This document shows, piece after piece, positions 52,149 through 64,000 of a stretch of 64,000 nucleotides of DNA. The notes below the pieces were generated by a model, which was not told the origin of the DNA, did no database searches, and was given only the letters and a program-made list of their open reading frames with translations. This DNA comes from Phoronis australis (taxonomy: Eukaryota > Animalia > Phoronida), in NCBI GenBank assembly GCA_002633005.1, contig NMRA01000001.1, positions 1,211,755 through 1,275,754 on the forward strand, read 5' to 3'. The position numbers and the translations under genes are program-made. Within the stretch, counting starts at the first letter, position 1; every line of letters starts with the position of its first letter.

Positions 52149-53214
52149 AATGTAAATTGTCGCTACTTAGGTTCTACGGTGCTACTCACCCAGGTCCATA
52201 TCTTGACTTTAAACGCGCTGTTAAACACACATCCTCTTCTCATGGAGGATGACACACGAGAGAGCAGCTCCAGCAGCTCCCCAGTCACGTGACATAATAT
52301 ATCCGGTCGACCATAACACTCATACAAACAAGGACGGACGACATTGAAACTGGACAACAAATACCTACCTAGGTTCACGACAGTACACAACTGCTATTCA
52401 ATATGGTCGTATGCAAGGTACTTCCGGACCTATTTTTCTTGTAACCAATTAGTGTGCCCCTGGAATTTATTGTATAGTTGAGGGCTGATCAAAGGTGCCT
52501 GTGCTTTGTTATAAATATCCTTTGCACACAGAGCCAGAGGGACACCTGACCTGGCTTAGGAAGTCCTTGTTGTATTTAATTCCTTCTACCTCGAACAAAT
52601 GCTCCCGTCAAACTTTTTTCTTCGAGCAGTTCAGTTTCCAAAATCGGCAACTCGCCATTTTTAACACTGTGCCCAGCAGGTTGCATAACATATGTATCCC
52701 CTAATGTGCGTAGTGTAAAAATGGCGAGTTATGGACATATGGTCATTGTCTAACTAGTGAATAGTTATAGGCTAACAGCAGGTTAGAATGACAAAGTATT
52801 ATAGTTATTCACTAAAACTATATGACTCTATGAAACTTTGTTATGTAAAGAATTTGGTAATTTTTTACAATATGATGACATTGACCTACACACATGATTT
52901 TGGTGTTGTTAGATTCCTCGCAACATTATCTTTCAAAAATATATGAATGTATCCCCAGTATTTTATCGTCGAATTTCTGTTCGCACTATTTCCCGATTGA
53001 CACTGCCATGGTTTCTCAACTCAAGATTATTAGAGCGACACTTGTTGCTAATGAATGAAACAGTATCATTGATTCCGAATAGTGTTTGGCCACGAGATTC
53101 CTGACATAACATGGAGGAACAAGGGGCAGCATTTCACCCTTTTCCAATTTTTTTTTAGAATTGTGACCATTTGACTTTTCCACAAAATTCTCAGAATTGT
53201 GATACCCTTTTCAC

Positions 53215-53697
53215 CAGGCCTTTATGCAGCGTACGTCCTGGGCGTCCATTGGACGCCCTAGCACTAATCTGGACTTCTGGCTAGGACGCCCAATGTATCA
53301 TTTGGCCACCCACTGTCAATAGGAACCTTTCAAGTTTGGATTCACACATTGTAATGAATACTAGGAAGCCTCTGAAGGCTCAGTGGCGGCTCTTTTTTCA
53401 AAGCAGGAAGAAATATACAATGTATATACAAAGTATATACACTGTTGCTATGCTCACACTTGGTTGATAGCATTGTAAAATCTTCTTGGTCTACAGTTTT
53501 ATTTAGCAAAAATGCTCACTACAGAAGGCTGTTGTGTAAGCTTAGTTGTAAAAACCTTGGTCTATGCATTTTTCTAAAAAAAATCTGTGTTTGGGGGTAT
53601 TGCTGGCGGGGGGTTAAGCGTCGGAATCATGGACGCCCTGGAATATTGGGAACCCCATTTTGGACACCCTATTTTTGAAATCCTGGATAAAGGCCTG
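53215..53697. mobile_element. hAT-type MITE
   Basis: TIR CAGGCCTTTAT(G/C)CAG; perfect 8-bp TSD CTTTTCAC at 53207-53214 and 53698-53705; lies within older inverted repeats (~52850-52930 / ~53950-54030). Confidence 0.85.
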
Positions 53698-54212
53698 CTT
53701 TTCACCAATTTGAACCTCAAAAACAGCCTCCACTTTTTTCGTGGATGCTTGCTAGGTGATGCGTACTAGGGTCACCATAGGATCGAATTTGAACCCTTGG
53801 GACCACAGTTCAGTTTTTGACTGCCAGGTGACACCTTCCAATCAACGTGGCGGCATTGCTAGCGCATACCGGGAAATAGTGTGAGCAGAAATTTCACAAT
53901 AAAATACTAAGGGAACGGGGTAGGAGAAATTTCCATGTGTTTTTGGAAGGGTAACTTTGTGAGGAATCAAACGATACCAAAATCATGCGTGTGGGTCAAT
54001 ATCGTCATATTGTAAACTATTATCAAGAATTTTGTCAGATTTTCTTTAGCATTAGTGAACTCCAGTTATTTGTCACAACAAGTATTATACACCGAGGACC
54101 TAAACTTTGGCTAAAGTTGTGAACCTAAGCACTAACCCTGTTCTGCTGGCGTACCCACCGATCTCTTTCAGTAACCGATTATATGGTGTAGTAAAAGTGA
54201 TTAGATCCTCAC

Positions 54213-54942
54213 TGTCACGTTTTTCTTGGGTGTGGGTGGGCGCAGGTTGTTACAGACCGGTGCTAATACCTTTCGGTGCGATGATAGACTGAAGAGTGAT
54301 TTGAGTTAATCCTTTATTAATCCCCACCATACGTTCACAAGCCTACTCAAACAAAACGTCCGACGTAATGTCTGTTCTATGCTCCAGCCAATTCTGGGAA
54401 GCCTTGACTTGTGATGAATATCTGAGACATTTCAAGCAACTCTTACACTCGTTGATTCAATAACCTGCTGTCTCTATAGCTGGCTCTGTATTGACTATCG
54501 CTGTAACTGCTGATTCTTTTCACTGCAACTCAACTGTAGTTCTCCTGATTAACTTTCTTGAACTCACTTTATCTGACTAACACAAACCCGTGCTAGTGTA
54601 TTTATAGCCTAATGCATTGTTCTGGAACTTTTCATCAATTCAAGCACATTCTAGAACTTTCCTGAATCTACCCAACCATTCTACAAACATGTACTAGTCT
54701 CTAGAATATTCCAGACTGCATTAATCACTGTCATGCTAGAGTCTTCTTGAAAGTTCATCACTATACTGTAGTAAACAAATGACATCATCATTGTACTGAC
54801 CTCAGTCCTCTAGAAAGTTCCCTACTATTCTGCAGTAAACAAATTACATCATCACTGTACTTAACTCAGGGGTCATGCCAATCAAACAGAATAACAAAAC
54901 AAAACAACACAAATAAAAACAGTGTCAGTCTATATTCTGACA
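54213..54942 (-). mobile_element. Solo LTR (730 bp), different family from the TatD element
   Basis: TGTCA...TGACA ends; 5-bp TSD CTCAC at 54208-54212 and 54943-54947; minus-strand CTATAAATA (~54603) followed by AATAAA (~54315). Confidence 0.8.
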
Positions 54943-55339
54943 CTCACGAATGCTCAACTGTCCTCACTGTTAAAACTTGTTTTCAATCCACAGGCAGAGT
55001 TTTTGCAAGATGTATGAAAATGCCGGCCATTTTCTTCAGCCCTAAAGTCATTACCGTGTTGCCGTCTTGTAGACGGGGAAAACAGAATAAGACCAATCAA
55101 AATTGTGATTTTTGTAAACAAAAATTTTAGATAAGAAAAAAGACTGTGTGTAGTTGTTAGTTATCCAGTTTTAATTAGACCAGTTAACATGAAATAACCA
55201 ACTTGTGTATAGTTAATATTAAATGTTTTAAGTGAGATTTAAATTTTAAAACTTAGCAATCATTAAACTGATCAAGTTTTTCACGTTACGCGCAGCCGAT
55301 CCTAGTTATCACATGTTACTCTTCTTGGAGCTGGCTTTG

Positions 55340-57080
55340 ACAGCGTGGCACATTATGACAGGGGCAGAAAAATCTGTCGTATCGCCTAAATGGTACCACA
55401 TTAGAGCAAAACATTAGGTGAGTACAGTGGCTGCAGTCGTGGAATTCACATTTTCTTCAATTAATCATCTCTAGAGATGCACTCTGGCATAGTTGCGGTG
55501 GTGGCCACATGTTACAGACGCAGCAGCTGTCCTCATCCTCCGTGTCCAAGTCCTCAATGCGGTCACTTTCGAACTGTGAAGCATGTGATTGCTATAATCC
55601 TGATGGACCTGGTTCATTATCATTTCGTGGTTTCTGAACTTGACTTGTTACTGTTATTCTCTCCACTTGTCTTTGTAGTCACCTTTGACTTTTTTATCAG
55701 CTGTTTCTTTTTTGTCTCTTATGCCCTTTTGTCACTTGTGCCTTCGTTGTGCCCTTTTTCTTTTCTAGCACTTCTACATTCTCTGTCATCATCTTACAAG
55801 ACAAACTTGCAGATCTGCTTGAACATACTTGGTCACTTGGCATTGGCCTCTTCGCTTCTGTACACCTTTGTAACTGTTAAGTAAAAAATCATTTTCAACC
55901 TCACTTTCATCAGTAGTCGGTAAGAATGCTGTAGATGGAGTGACCCTTTCAAGGGTTGTCAAACGGGCATATTCCGGACTTTCGGAAAGCCGATTGAAGA
56001 TTTTCAAGAGACACCGCTTTCACGTAGGTTTTGCTTGCCGTGGAACAAAGATCGAAGCGAGTAATTCTGGCCCTTGTACCTTTCTTCGCTTTGTGGCACA
56101 AGTTACTATACACCGCCTCCCCTGGTTCATACACCCAACATCAAGTGGTTGTAGTATGTGCCATGTGTGGGCTGGCAGAGTTAAAATTGCAATGTGGTCT
56201 TTCGCCCATTCTACTATAGTTACATCCGTGTCTGACTTGTGGCCATCAAGTAAGAGTTGAACAGGCTCCTGAGGGCCACCTGGGACAAACTTCGCTAGGT
56301 GAACTTGGAGCCACTTGAGAAAGACTTCAGAGTTTGATTACCCACTGTCTGTGACTGTTCCACTGGCACCTGGAAAAGAATCTTTGTGACTGTTCCACTG
56401 ACACCTGGAGAAGAATCTTGCAGTAGATCCAAGTTGTTGTATCTTTTCCCCTTTAATACAAAGAATGCGGGAGAGGTCGCCTGGCCAGCTGCACTGCCAC
56501 ATCCCAATATCGATGGTCACAGATCTCCCTGTTGTGACCACTTGGGGAGAGGGCACTTTTTGTTCGGCTGTAGGTGACAAAGTGTGTAGGCTTGTAATTG
56601 GTCATCACACTCTTTTCATCCACATTAAATATGTGGTTTGTCTTCCAAACCATACTTCACCACAGCAGAACGCAACTTTTGTCAGTATTCACTTGACTTG
56701 CAGTTTTGCTCTTGCTTATTCTATACCCTTTACCTTAACAACTCTCACCTCTGGCCAGCACTTTACAAACCCTTTAAAGCACTTAATGGAAAGGACTCTT
56801 CTGTCTTCCTTATTCCCTGCTGGAAGAACCACTCCGTCACCATGGTGACGACTTCTTGCCTTGTATACCCATACCCAAGACTCGCCATTTCTTTTATACG
56901 TTTTACAATTAAGGCTTCCTGATGCGCATCGAAGATTGTAGACACAATCCTTGTGACGAATTCAGGTTCTATCCTCCAACTTACTCGATCTCTCAGTGTT
57001 TGGTATGGAACATTGCATTTTGCAGCTGTTAAGTTGATGGACCTGCAATCCTCACGTACTTTATTGTATGGCTCAAATAA
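55340..57080 (-). mobile_element. Degenerate pogo/Tigger (CENP-B/DDE_1) transposase
   Basis: HTH AAKCNVPYQTLRDRV..QEALIVKRIKEMASLGYGYTR; IFNVDE; GCGSAAG..P.FVLKGKR; LLLDGHKS; HILQPLDVG; SAFRKSGICPFD; many frameshifts. Confidence 0.85.
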
Positions 57081-58146
57081 ACTGCATACATCATACTGTC
57101 TCAAGTTTCTGTATTGTGTTTTTACAAGCTTCTGTAATATAAATAAATGTTTTATGAACTGTTTCATTCTTATTATGTGCTCCTGTTTGCTTGCATTGTG
57201 TGTTTTACCATGTTTCTGCGCCACAGGGTAAAAAATACAAAGTAAAAATGCATACAGAATTTGTGTAAAAGTGTACATTTTATGTTTCGGATGTTATAAA
57301 TGTGTACAGTGACATCTTTCGTGAGTCAGCGTACTTTAACCAATGCTAAGGACCCAGCATGAAGAAAATCTCTGTGCTTAGTTCGTTTGGCCTTTCAAAT
57401 TATGGTCGACCCTGGGACATTTTGATACATTGTTTTAGTAACCCTTTGGATTGCGTTCTGTATCATATCTGAACCATGGTTGATTTCGAAACATGTTTTG
57501 AAAATATGCAAAAACTGCATTAGTAAAATGTGCTGTTTTAAATATAATTTTTGAAAACTAACTCTCAACTCACTGTTTTGTTTTGCATTATGAATAACTA
57601 CGTATTCCAATACGCTTTTGACAGTCATAAGCACACAAATGCTGGAAACTTCAATGCTAGATGTCGTGCGACCTCGCAGAAACAGAAACGAGATGATTCA
57701 TGACTTCAGTGCATTGCCGACTTTAGGGCCTCGGTTGTTATGTATTAACTGCTTCTTAGTGAACTCTGGTTGATGTTGACAAAATCGGGCTCTGCTTTGA
57801 TGCTGAGGGCTTAAGTGCCTTCCCAGCTGAAGTTTTAAACCTGTCACGACAATTTTTAAACTCGTCATGCTTTGCCCAAACTCATCGCAGCAAAATCCAA
57901 ACTCGTTACCGCAACGAGTCAGAACAGGTTGTGGAAAAATACTGGTGATCTTTTCAAAAGTTTGGACAAAGCTTGGGTGGAATGTGGGTTCGTAACGTTT
58001 TCCATTCCTGAAAGCCAACATTTTCTTACCGCAAATGTTTAGTGGAGTGTCAAGCAAATACAAAACATTGACCAGAAGCTAAACATTCAAATTGTACTTT
58101 TCAAGCATAAATTCACATGTTGATCAACAGTACTTTTGTATTTTAG

Positions 58147-58193
58147 GTTTAAAAGCCGATTTAGTTGAAAGATTACATGAATACTATGTACAG
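58147..58193 (+). CDS. SAP-domain gene exon 2
   Basis: ttttag/gtaagt; (G)LKADLVERLHEYYVQ completes the SAP motif in phase with exon 1. Confidence 0.88.
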
Positions 58194-60060
58194 GTAAGTT
58201 ATTTTAAACTTTTTGACTTCATCTCTACAATTACACTGTTTTGGAGTAGAGAAGAATGAGAACAGTTAACTATAATGTTCCAGTATTTCACCTGCGAGTA
58301 CAAATCTGTGCGGCCCGCCAAGCTTCTTTTTGGCCCCGTCACTTGCAACCTTGCCCAATTTAACCGTCAAACATCTACCCTGGTGGGAAAACTTCACAGC
58401 TAAGCAAAAATCACTAGTTAAAACGAATACCCAATATTTATAAGTTACACGGCCACTGTCATTGTTTGTGAATTGAAGGTTATGAACTAAAATCGAATTT
58501 TAAACGTAATTATTTTATCCCATTTCCTTCCTTGCATTCACATAGGGACTGGCATTCAGCACTGCCTGGTAATCTGACAAATGTACAATTGTAAAATATT
58601 GTTTGGAACAAGGCAATGACCTTGACACTAGTTTTCTAAAATGGCGAAGTGCCAAAGAACACTGGTGAACTGGGTGGAGAAAAGGTAAGTTTTTAGTCAT
58701 TTTATTGTGCCCATGTTTACAAAAGAAGTCATTCAACTACGTGAATTATATTGCGCGAAATAGCCCAGTAAGATGGGTGAATAAATCGCCTGATATGGCG
58801 GCTAGTGCCGATCCAACTGATTTTGTTGAACAAGAATATAATGAACAATATAAACGGAAGTTTAATTACACAAATTAGTTAATCAGGCCTGGAAATGTTC
58901 AAATATTTTTGTTTTTGCTGTGTACTACGTGCGTGGAGCCTGAGACTTTAATTGTAACTAGTAGTCTGAAGCCTTGTCCTGGCGTGTCTGCTTCCAAACA
59001 CAACTTCAATTGGTGATTAAAACACCTTAGAATAAATAAATAAATGCAAAATTCTTCATACACAGAGATCATTGGCAACGTGTTTTGCGAAGCACAAAGA
59101 TACCCCCACTACATACAGTAGTCTCATGCTCAGGTTGAGGTTTTGTCTATGAGAAAGAAGCTTGTAGAATGCACCAGACTGCACCAAATTACGATTTTTA
59201 AAAATTTTCTTGAGGTAGGCTGCCAACCACCCATGTCCCGTAGCTACGTGTGGTGGCGCGTTCTGCATCCTCTGGTAATATTCACCACCATGCTCCTTTT
59301 GATACCCAGGGGAAACACTCGTGTTCTATGGATTCTTCCTGATTTTAATTTGATTCTAGGAATGGTTTAAATGTTTACCTAGTGATTGCACTTGACACTG
59401 AAGAATGCTTCATACTCACTCTCATAGGGAAAGGTGTCTGTGCCTTCTGAGAGGAGAATGTCACGTGGTGAGAGGAAAATTCTACCTCTCGATCCATCAA
59501 CCTAAACTAAACAATTTGGGCTCTTTCAAATTGTCACCTGTGTGAGTTACTGGTGATTCGAACCTCGAAGGGAATATTTAAATCACTTGTGGGGAATTTA
59601 TGGACATCATGAGGGGACTCCCATGTGATTTTTCAATATTTTTCAGAGGATCGACCTCAAAACTGAGGGATTGAGGGCCCTGAAAGAGTTGAATATCTGT
59701 CTGGCTGTTAGTTGTTCTTTACAATGATGATTTGTGATCATATTTATGTCTGGAACTATTATATATTTCCAACTTTCAAAGCTAAATGAGACGCAAATAA
59801 AAATGCTGACTTTTATTAACCTTGCACGGTATTGCTGACAGAACATTCTGTTGAAAACATCTTCTTTATCCGACAACTGGTGGGGGGAGTAAAGGCCCCG
59901 TCTGGCCTTGACTGACAGCAGGCTGTCACTTCTACACTGTAATTATAGAACGAAGATTGTGATATCAGGATGTCCACATTCAAGTGCTACTCAACACAAT
60001 CAAAGCTTTGTGTTTTACAACCTTTACCATTATCTCATGCTCATTTCTTGTTCATTTGAG

Positions 60061-60297
60061 CAGCAAAGCCAGGTTGCCATGGCGCCAGCAGTTGATCCCC
60101 AGATGCTGATGCTTGAGCAGCAACAGCAGCAAGAGCAACAGCAGAGAATGTTGTTTGAGCAGCAGATGCAACAACAGCAGGAGGAACAACAACGACTGAT
60201 GTTGCAGCAACAGCAGGAAGAGCAAAGGTTGATGTTGGAGCAACAACAACGCCAACGTGAAGAACAACAGCGGATGTTGATTGAGCAACAGCAACAG
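60061..60297 (+). CDS. SAP-domain gene exon 3 (Gln-rich)
   Basis: QQSQVAMAPAVDPQMLMLEQQQQ...; tandem acceptors at 60061/60064; donor gtactg. Confidence 0.8.
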
Positions 60298-60829
60298 GTA
60301 CTGTAGACCGTGACCCGCTAAAGCAGAGTATGTTCTATGTGTAAAAATCTGGGTGGCCCGCCACGCTCCTTTTTGGCCCTTCTACTCGTAAATTGTACTC
60401 AAATTGACACATCTAATCGTGATGGTAAAAACTTCATTGCCATGCAAAAATCGCTAGACAAGTACAAATAGTCTAATGAATACGCACAAGTCACATGGCT
60501 ACTTTTACCATTTTGTGGCTCAAACTTTGAATTGTCTCCCCCATCTATGGCCATGCATAGATGCGAAATTGTGATTGTCATACTTTTCTCGTACTCTCTG
60601 TGACTGCCAGTTTTCCACCACCTGGGTCGTTAGTCCGTTCACATCACTGATTCTTCAAACTCAATTAGAAACAATATTGAGCATAACTTGTCGTTAGGGT
60701 TTACATTCGTCACACCCACTTCACTGAGCGCATGTAGTACCTTGTTTCTTGGACAATTCCATTTTGGAACATGGGATAAACACTAAAAGGCTCTAGGGAG
60801 TAATGGGATTATTACTTTTCCGCCAACAG

Positions 60830-61243
60830 GAAGAACAGCAGAGGTTGATCCAGCAGCAAATGATGGAACAGCAACGGCAGCAGGAGGAGCGCCAACGTGT
60901 GTTAGAGCAGCAACGCCTTCTTGAGGAACAGCGACAACGAGAAGAGCAGCAGATGATCATGGAGCAGCAGCGCCTCCTAGAGGAGCAACGTCAGCGGGAG
61001 GAGCAGCAGCTGATGGAACAGCAGCGGCTGAAGGAGGAGCAAAGGATGATGGAACAGCGGAGGATTCAAGAGGAACAGCGCATGATGGAACAGCGCAGGA
61101 TTCAGGAGGAGCAACGCATGATGGAACAGCAGAGAATTCAGGAGGAGCAACAGCGAATAATGGAACAGCAGAGAATTCAGGAGGAGCAAAGGCTGCAAGA
61201 AGAACAGCGAAGGCAGGAAGAAGAAAAAATGTTGATGGAACAG
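60830..61243 (+). CDS. SAP-domain gene exon 4 (EEQRMMEQRRIQ repeats)
   Basis: caacag/gtgagt; phase 0; ~12-aa tandem E/Q/R repeats. Confidence 0.85.
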
Positions 61244-62084
61244 GTGAGTGGCTGGAGTTGTTAGAATGGACTTTGGAGGTTTGATAACGCTGTTCAATTT
61301 AGTTACATTAATTCTGCACTTACTTGTCGCACTCACCTCAGTTTGTACACCCAAACTTGTTTGGCTAAATAAAGTATGTTATTTCACTTTCACTCTAGAC
61401 TACTTGACGGCATGACAGTAACTTCCAACTCGTGACTAATTCTCACATTGGCAGGATATTGCTGTGACTAAAGGGGTACAAGGGTACAGTTACTAGTTTA
61501 GGAGACAGTTTCTTAGTTTCGAGATTGTTCAACCATTAATTCAGCCTATTCAAAAGTGGTTGACAAGTGCATTTGTTGTAATAACGCAATGCAATTTGAA
61601 CGTTTCTTTTACTGACTTTGTGATAGCTGTCACTTGCTGGCTCACACAAAATAGTTTTGGCATTCAAAAGCTCTGCATTCACTGTCGTTACAAAGTGTCT
61701 GTTCCACCTACGTGTCCTTCACAAAAGTTTGCGGTCCCTAATTTTGGAAATCTTTTGTTAGTAATGACAACTTGATAAGTTTAATGTCGGTTACACTTGC
61801 CTCTTAACATCTTGGGCTCAAAGTTAAAATTGAACTGTCTAGTAACACGAATCGGCCTGATTCCATGATGAAAAGCACGTGCGGACGCCATATTATACCG
61901 TTTTTTCTATTTAAATTTTACTAAAGATACATAGTCATGTGACCCAATCAACAAAAGATTGCTATTAAGTTAACAATCTAGGTCTACAAGCTTTCTACTT
62001 TCAATAGAAATTTGACTTGCCAATAAGGTCCTTCATAACCTGTTCAGCCGACCTTCTTCTGTAACGTTAGTGTGTTGTTTGTAG

Positions 62085-62195
62085 CAGCGAGTGCTGTTGG
62101 AGCAGCAGAAAGAAGATCAGAGGCGGCAGGAACAAGAGGCCATGATACAGAAGGCCAGGCAGCAACAGCAGATGTTGGAGATGGAGAAACGCAGG
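62085..62195 (+). CDS. SAP-domain gene exon 5
   Basis: ttgtag/gtaggt; QRVLLEQQKEDQRRQEQEAMIQKARQQQQMLEMEKRR. Confidence 0.75.
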
Positions 62196-62927
62196 GTAGG
62201 TGGTGGGCAAATGGGCGACAATTTTGGGGTGTTGCAAAACCCAGGTTATGTGACGGGGGAATTGTGGTGTCGCTCAGATTTTGGTGGTGACGTAATGGCT
62301 ACTGACTTGGGAGTACAGAAACACCCAGGGTTGGTGGTGATATGAATGGGTCCTGTTTCTAGGGTGGTTGGACACCCTTGGGGAGATGGTGCGGAATGGG
62401 TGTCCAGTTGCTGCCGTTCGTAGAATCTTTAAGGTAGATGGAAAGGGATTGGTGGCATTTCTGGTTAGTTGCAACACCCAAGGGAGATGGTGGCGGGAAT
62501 GGTTGCCCACTGATTTCGTGTTCGTCATACCATGGTCTGTGCAGCACCTTGTGAAATATGGGTGCGTGTGATATCTTGGTGAGTATGAGACCCAGGAAAG
62601 GAGTGGAGAATCTAGTGCTTGTGTTGGGTATATTCTGTGTCCAGTGTAACACACAGCACAAGTAATTTAAAAGTTGTGTTTGTGTATAATTGGGTGTCGT
62701 GTGGTGTCTGTTAGTTTGTCAGCGCTCGTATCAAACCTTGCCGTAATTTATTACTTTGGAGATACCAACTACGAAAAATTAGATTAATGTTAAGCGTCGT
62801 CAGCCTTTTTTCATTTTTTATCTGTTTTCTCAGGAATGGTATTGATTGTTTTTTCTTGTGTAGGTTCTGTTTTGCATGCATTTTGTTTTGTTTTGTTGTG
62901 TGTGACACTCACATTTCTTGTTCACAG

Positions 62928-63025
62928 CAACAGATGGAGGAACAAAAACAGAGGGAGGAAGCACAGTTGATGCAACAGCAACAGATGGCTCTTATGGAAA
63001 AGCAGAGGGAGGAAAGAGAGCGAGC

Positions 63026-63057
<32 letters not shown>
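62928..63057 (+). CDS. SAP-domain gene exon 6 with (CAG)10 polyQ
   Basis: ttcacag/gtatgg; QQMEEQKQREEAQ...ERAQQQQQQQQQQ; phase 1 end fits next exon. Confidence 0.75.
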
Positions 63058-63058
<1 letters not shown>

Positions 63059-63423
63059 TATGGAATCTCCGAAGATTCCATGTAAGGGATTATGACTTAG
63101 AGCTGGTAGTCTTCTCACAGTGTATTGTTATTGATCAGTCTTATAATAATTGAAAAACACGCAAGCCTACTGTTGCACTAGCGTTTGCTTATAAACAATC
63201 CCACGGATTTATATTGTTGCATGGTAGTTAAATTGTGGATTAGGGTGAAACATATTGTGTGTTACTAAAGCACAGTTAGAGCGATCCATCTCACAAATGT
63301 TCCGCATGTGTTGAATGTACCATACTCTATTACATCTGCACATTAGCTCTGCAGTATTTATTTCGGATTATTTATTACATTGTGCTGACAAGCTTAACTG
63401 TTACTCATTCTATGCCTTTCCAG

Positions 63424-63539
63424 CCTTACTGTCGCAAGACGTGGTTGCCCCCGCCTCCCGCATTGCTCCGCCTCCTCTACTTGACCCCAATAGACCACCA
63501 TCCTTGATGACAATGGATGTCCCACCCCCTGCTATGATT
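63424..63539 (+). CDS. SAP-domain gene exon 7 (Pro-rich); gene continues beyond window
   Basis: tttccag/gtgagt; PLLSQDVVAPASRIAPPPLLDPNRPPSLMTMDVPPPAMI. Confidence 0.75.
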
Positions 63540-64000
63540 GTGAGTATGCGCCATCAAAATGAAAACAATAAAAAAGTAATTCAATTCAAGTATTACTCGT
63601 TGACTTAAGAAAGTGCTTGTATTTTTGTATGGGTTCACTTTAGGTTATGTAGGACTTTATCGACAAGTCAACGTCTACAAAAACTTAGAAAGCTCATACA
63701 CTTTGATTTTCAACTTTATACCAATCGGTATTTGATTAGTTGACATGACCATGTCTTTTGTAAAATTTAGCAAAATTGTGGCATCAAAAACATGACCAAA
63801 TGCCGTTTGATATAACTTTACGAGATGAAATCTCAAAAATGTTATCACTGTTTTCTAATTTTTTTTTTCTGCTTTTCGTTTTATGTGACTTGATTTTTTC
63901 ATAAAAACCATAAAAGTCCCTTTTGCATTAGTGGATCATTTTGAAAAAAGCCCTTTGGCTAACCTCCGTCTATGAGAACAGTGCATAAAACATAGCAACT

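Larger units (their letters stand above)
47135..52382 (-). mobile_element. Non-autonomous LTR retroelement carrying HhH-Gag-ZnF-TatD, no pol
   Basis: 5' LTR 52151-52382; 3' LTR 47135-47265 + 48608-48711; minus-strand ends TGTCGTGAAC..AATTTACA; ~93% identical by eye; PBS-like TGGTGTAGTTG next to 5' LTR; PPT AGGGAGGGGAGGAG next to 3' LTR; GTAC at 47128-47131 and 52383-52386. Confidence 0.88.
47082..52503. mobile_element. CA..TG MITE with 8-bp TSD (P- or hAT-type), second layer of nest
   Basis: TIR CACAGGCACC / GGTGCCTGTG plus subterminal GCCCTCAA..CTATACA inverted match; CTTTGTTA at 47074-47081 and 52504-52511. Confidence 0.75.
46952..52752. mobile_element. Old TAG..CTA TIR element (Academ-like?), outermost layer of nest
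   Basis: TAGACAATGGCCAT at 46952 and ATGGTCATTGTCTA ending 52752; flanks ACTAGTGAT / ACTAGTGAA; body sequence broken at 47081 resumes at 52504. Confidence 0.6.

Noticed and set aside
53775-53850. tRNA-like B-box fragments (also ~59550)
   Set aside because: No cloverleaf can be built; at most decayed SINE heads.
54071-54942. Longer boundary for the solo LTR starting at TGTCA 54071
   Set aside because: No TSD there; the 54213 start gives a perfect CTCAC duplication.
62200-62600. Repeated ACACCC..GG..GGTG..GAATGG motifs and overlapping short ORFs
   Set aside because: Intronic degenerate minisatellite; no fitting splice sites or protein motifs.

Overview
AT-rich animal (probably marine invertebrate) genomic DNA with spliceosomal GT-AG introns and assembly gaps. 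Host genes: (1) a + strand C16orf89/DUF4735-like gene (6 exons seen, 6912-16247, 5' exon not found) with a large insertion and a C-terminal TM anchor; (2) an intronless 248-aa orphan ORF (28293-29039, -); (3) mitochondrial ribosomal protein L11 (4 exons, 43310-46465, -), head-to-head with (4) a SAP-domain, Gln/Glu-rich gene (possibly SF3B2; starts 46709, runs off the window). The most unusual object is in the 11.3-kb first intron of gene 4: a structurally complete but pol-less LTR retroelement (47135-52382, -; ~232-bp TG..CA LTRs, PBS, PPT, probable GTAC TSD). Its frameshifted coding region reads HhH - Gag - Zn finger - TatD nuclease. It is one layer of a four-level transposon nest. Also present: a Penelope fragment with a minimal hammerhead-like motif, a pogo/Tigger relic, a solo LTR, hAT-, hAT5- and Kolobok-like MITEs, and a 1.5-kb duplication that looks like an assembly artefact. 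All calls come from reading the sequence by eye; no searches were run.
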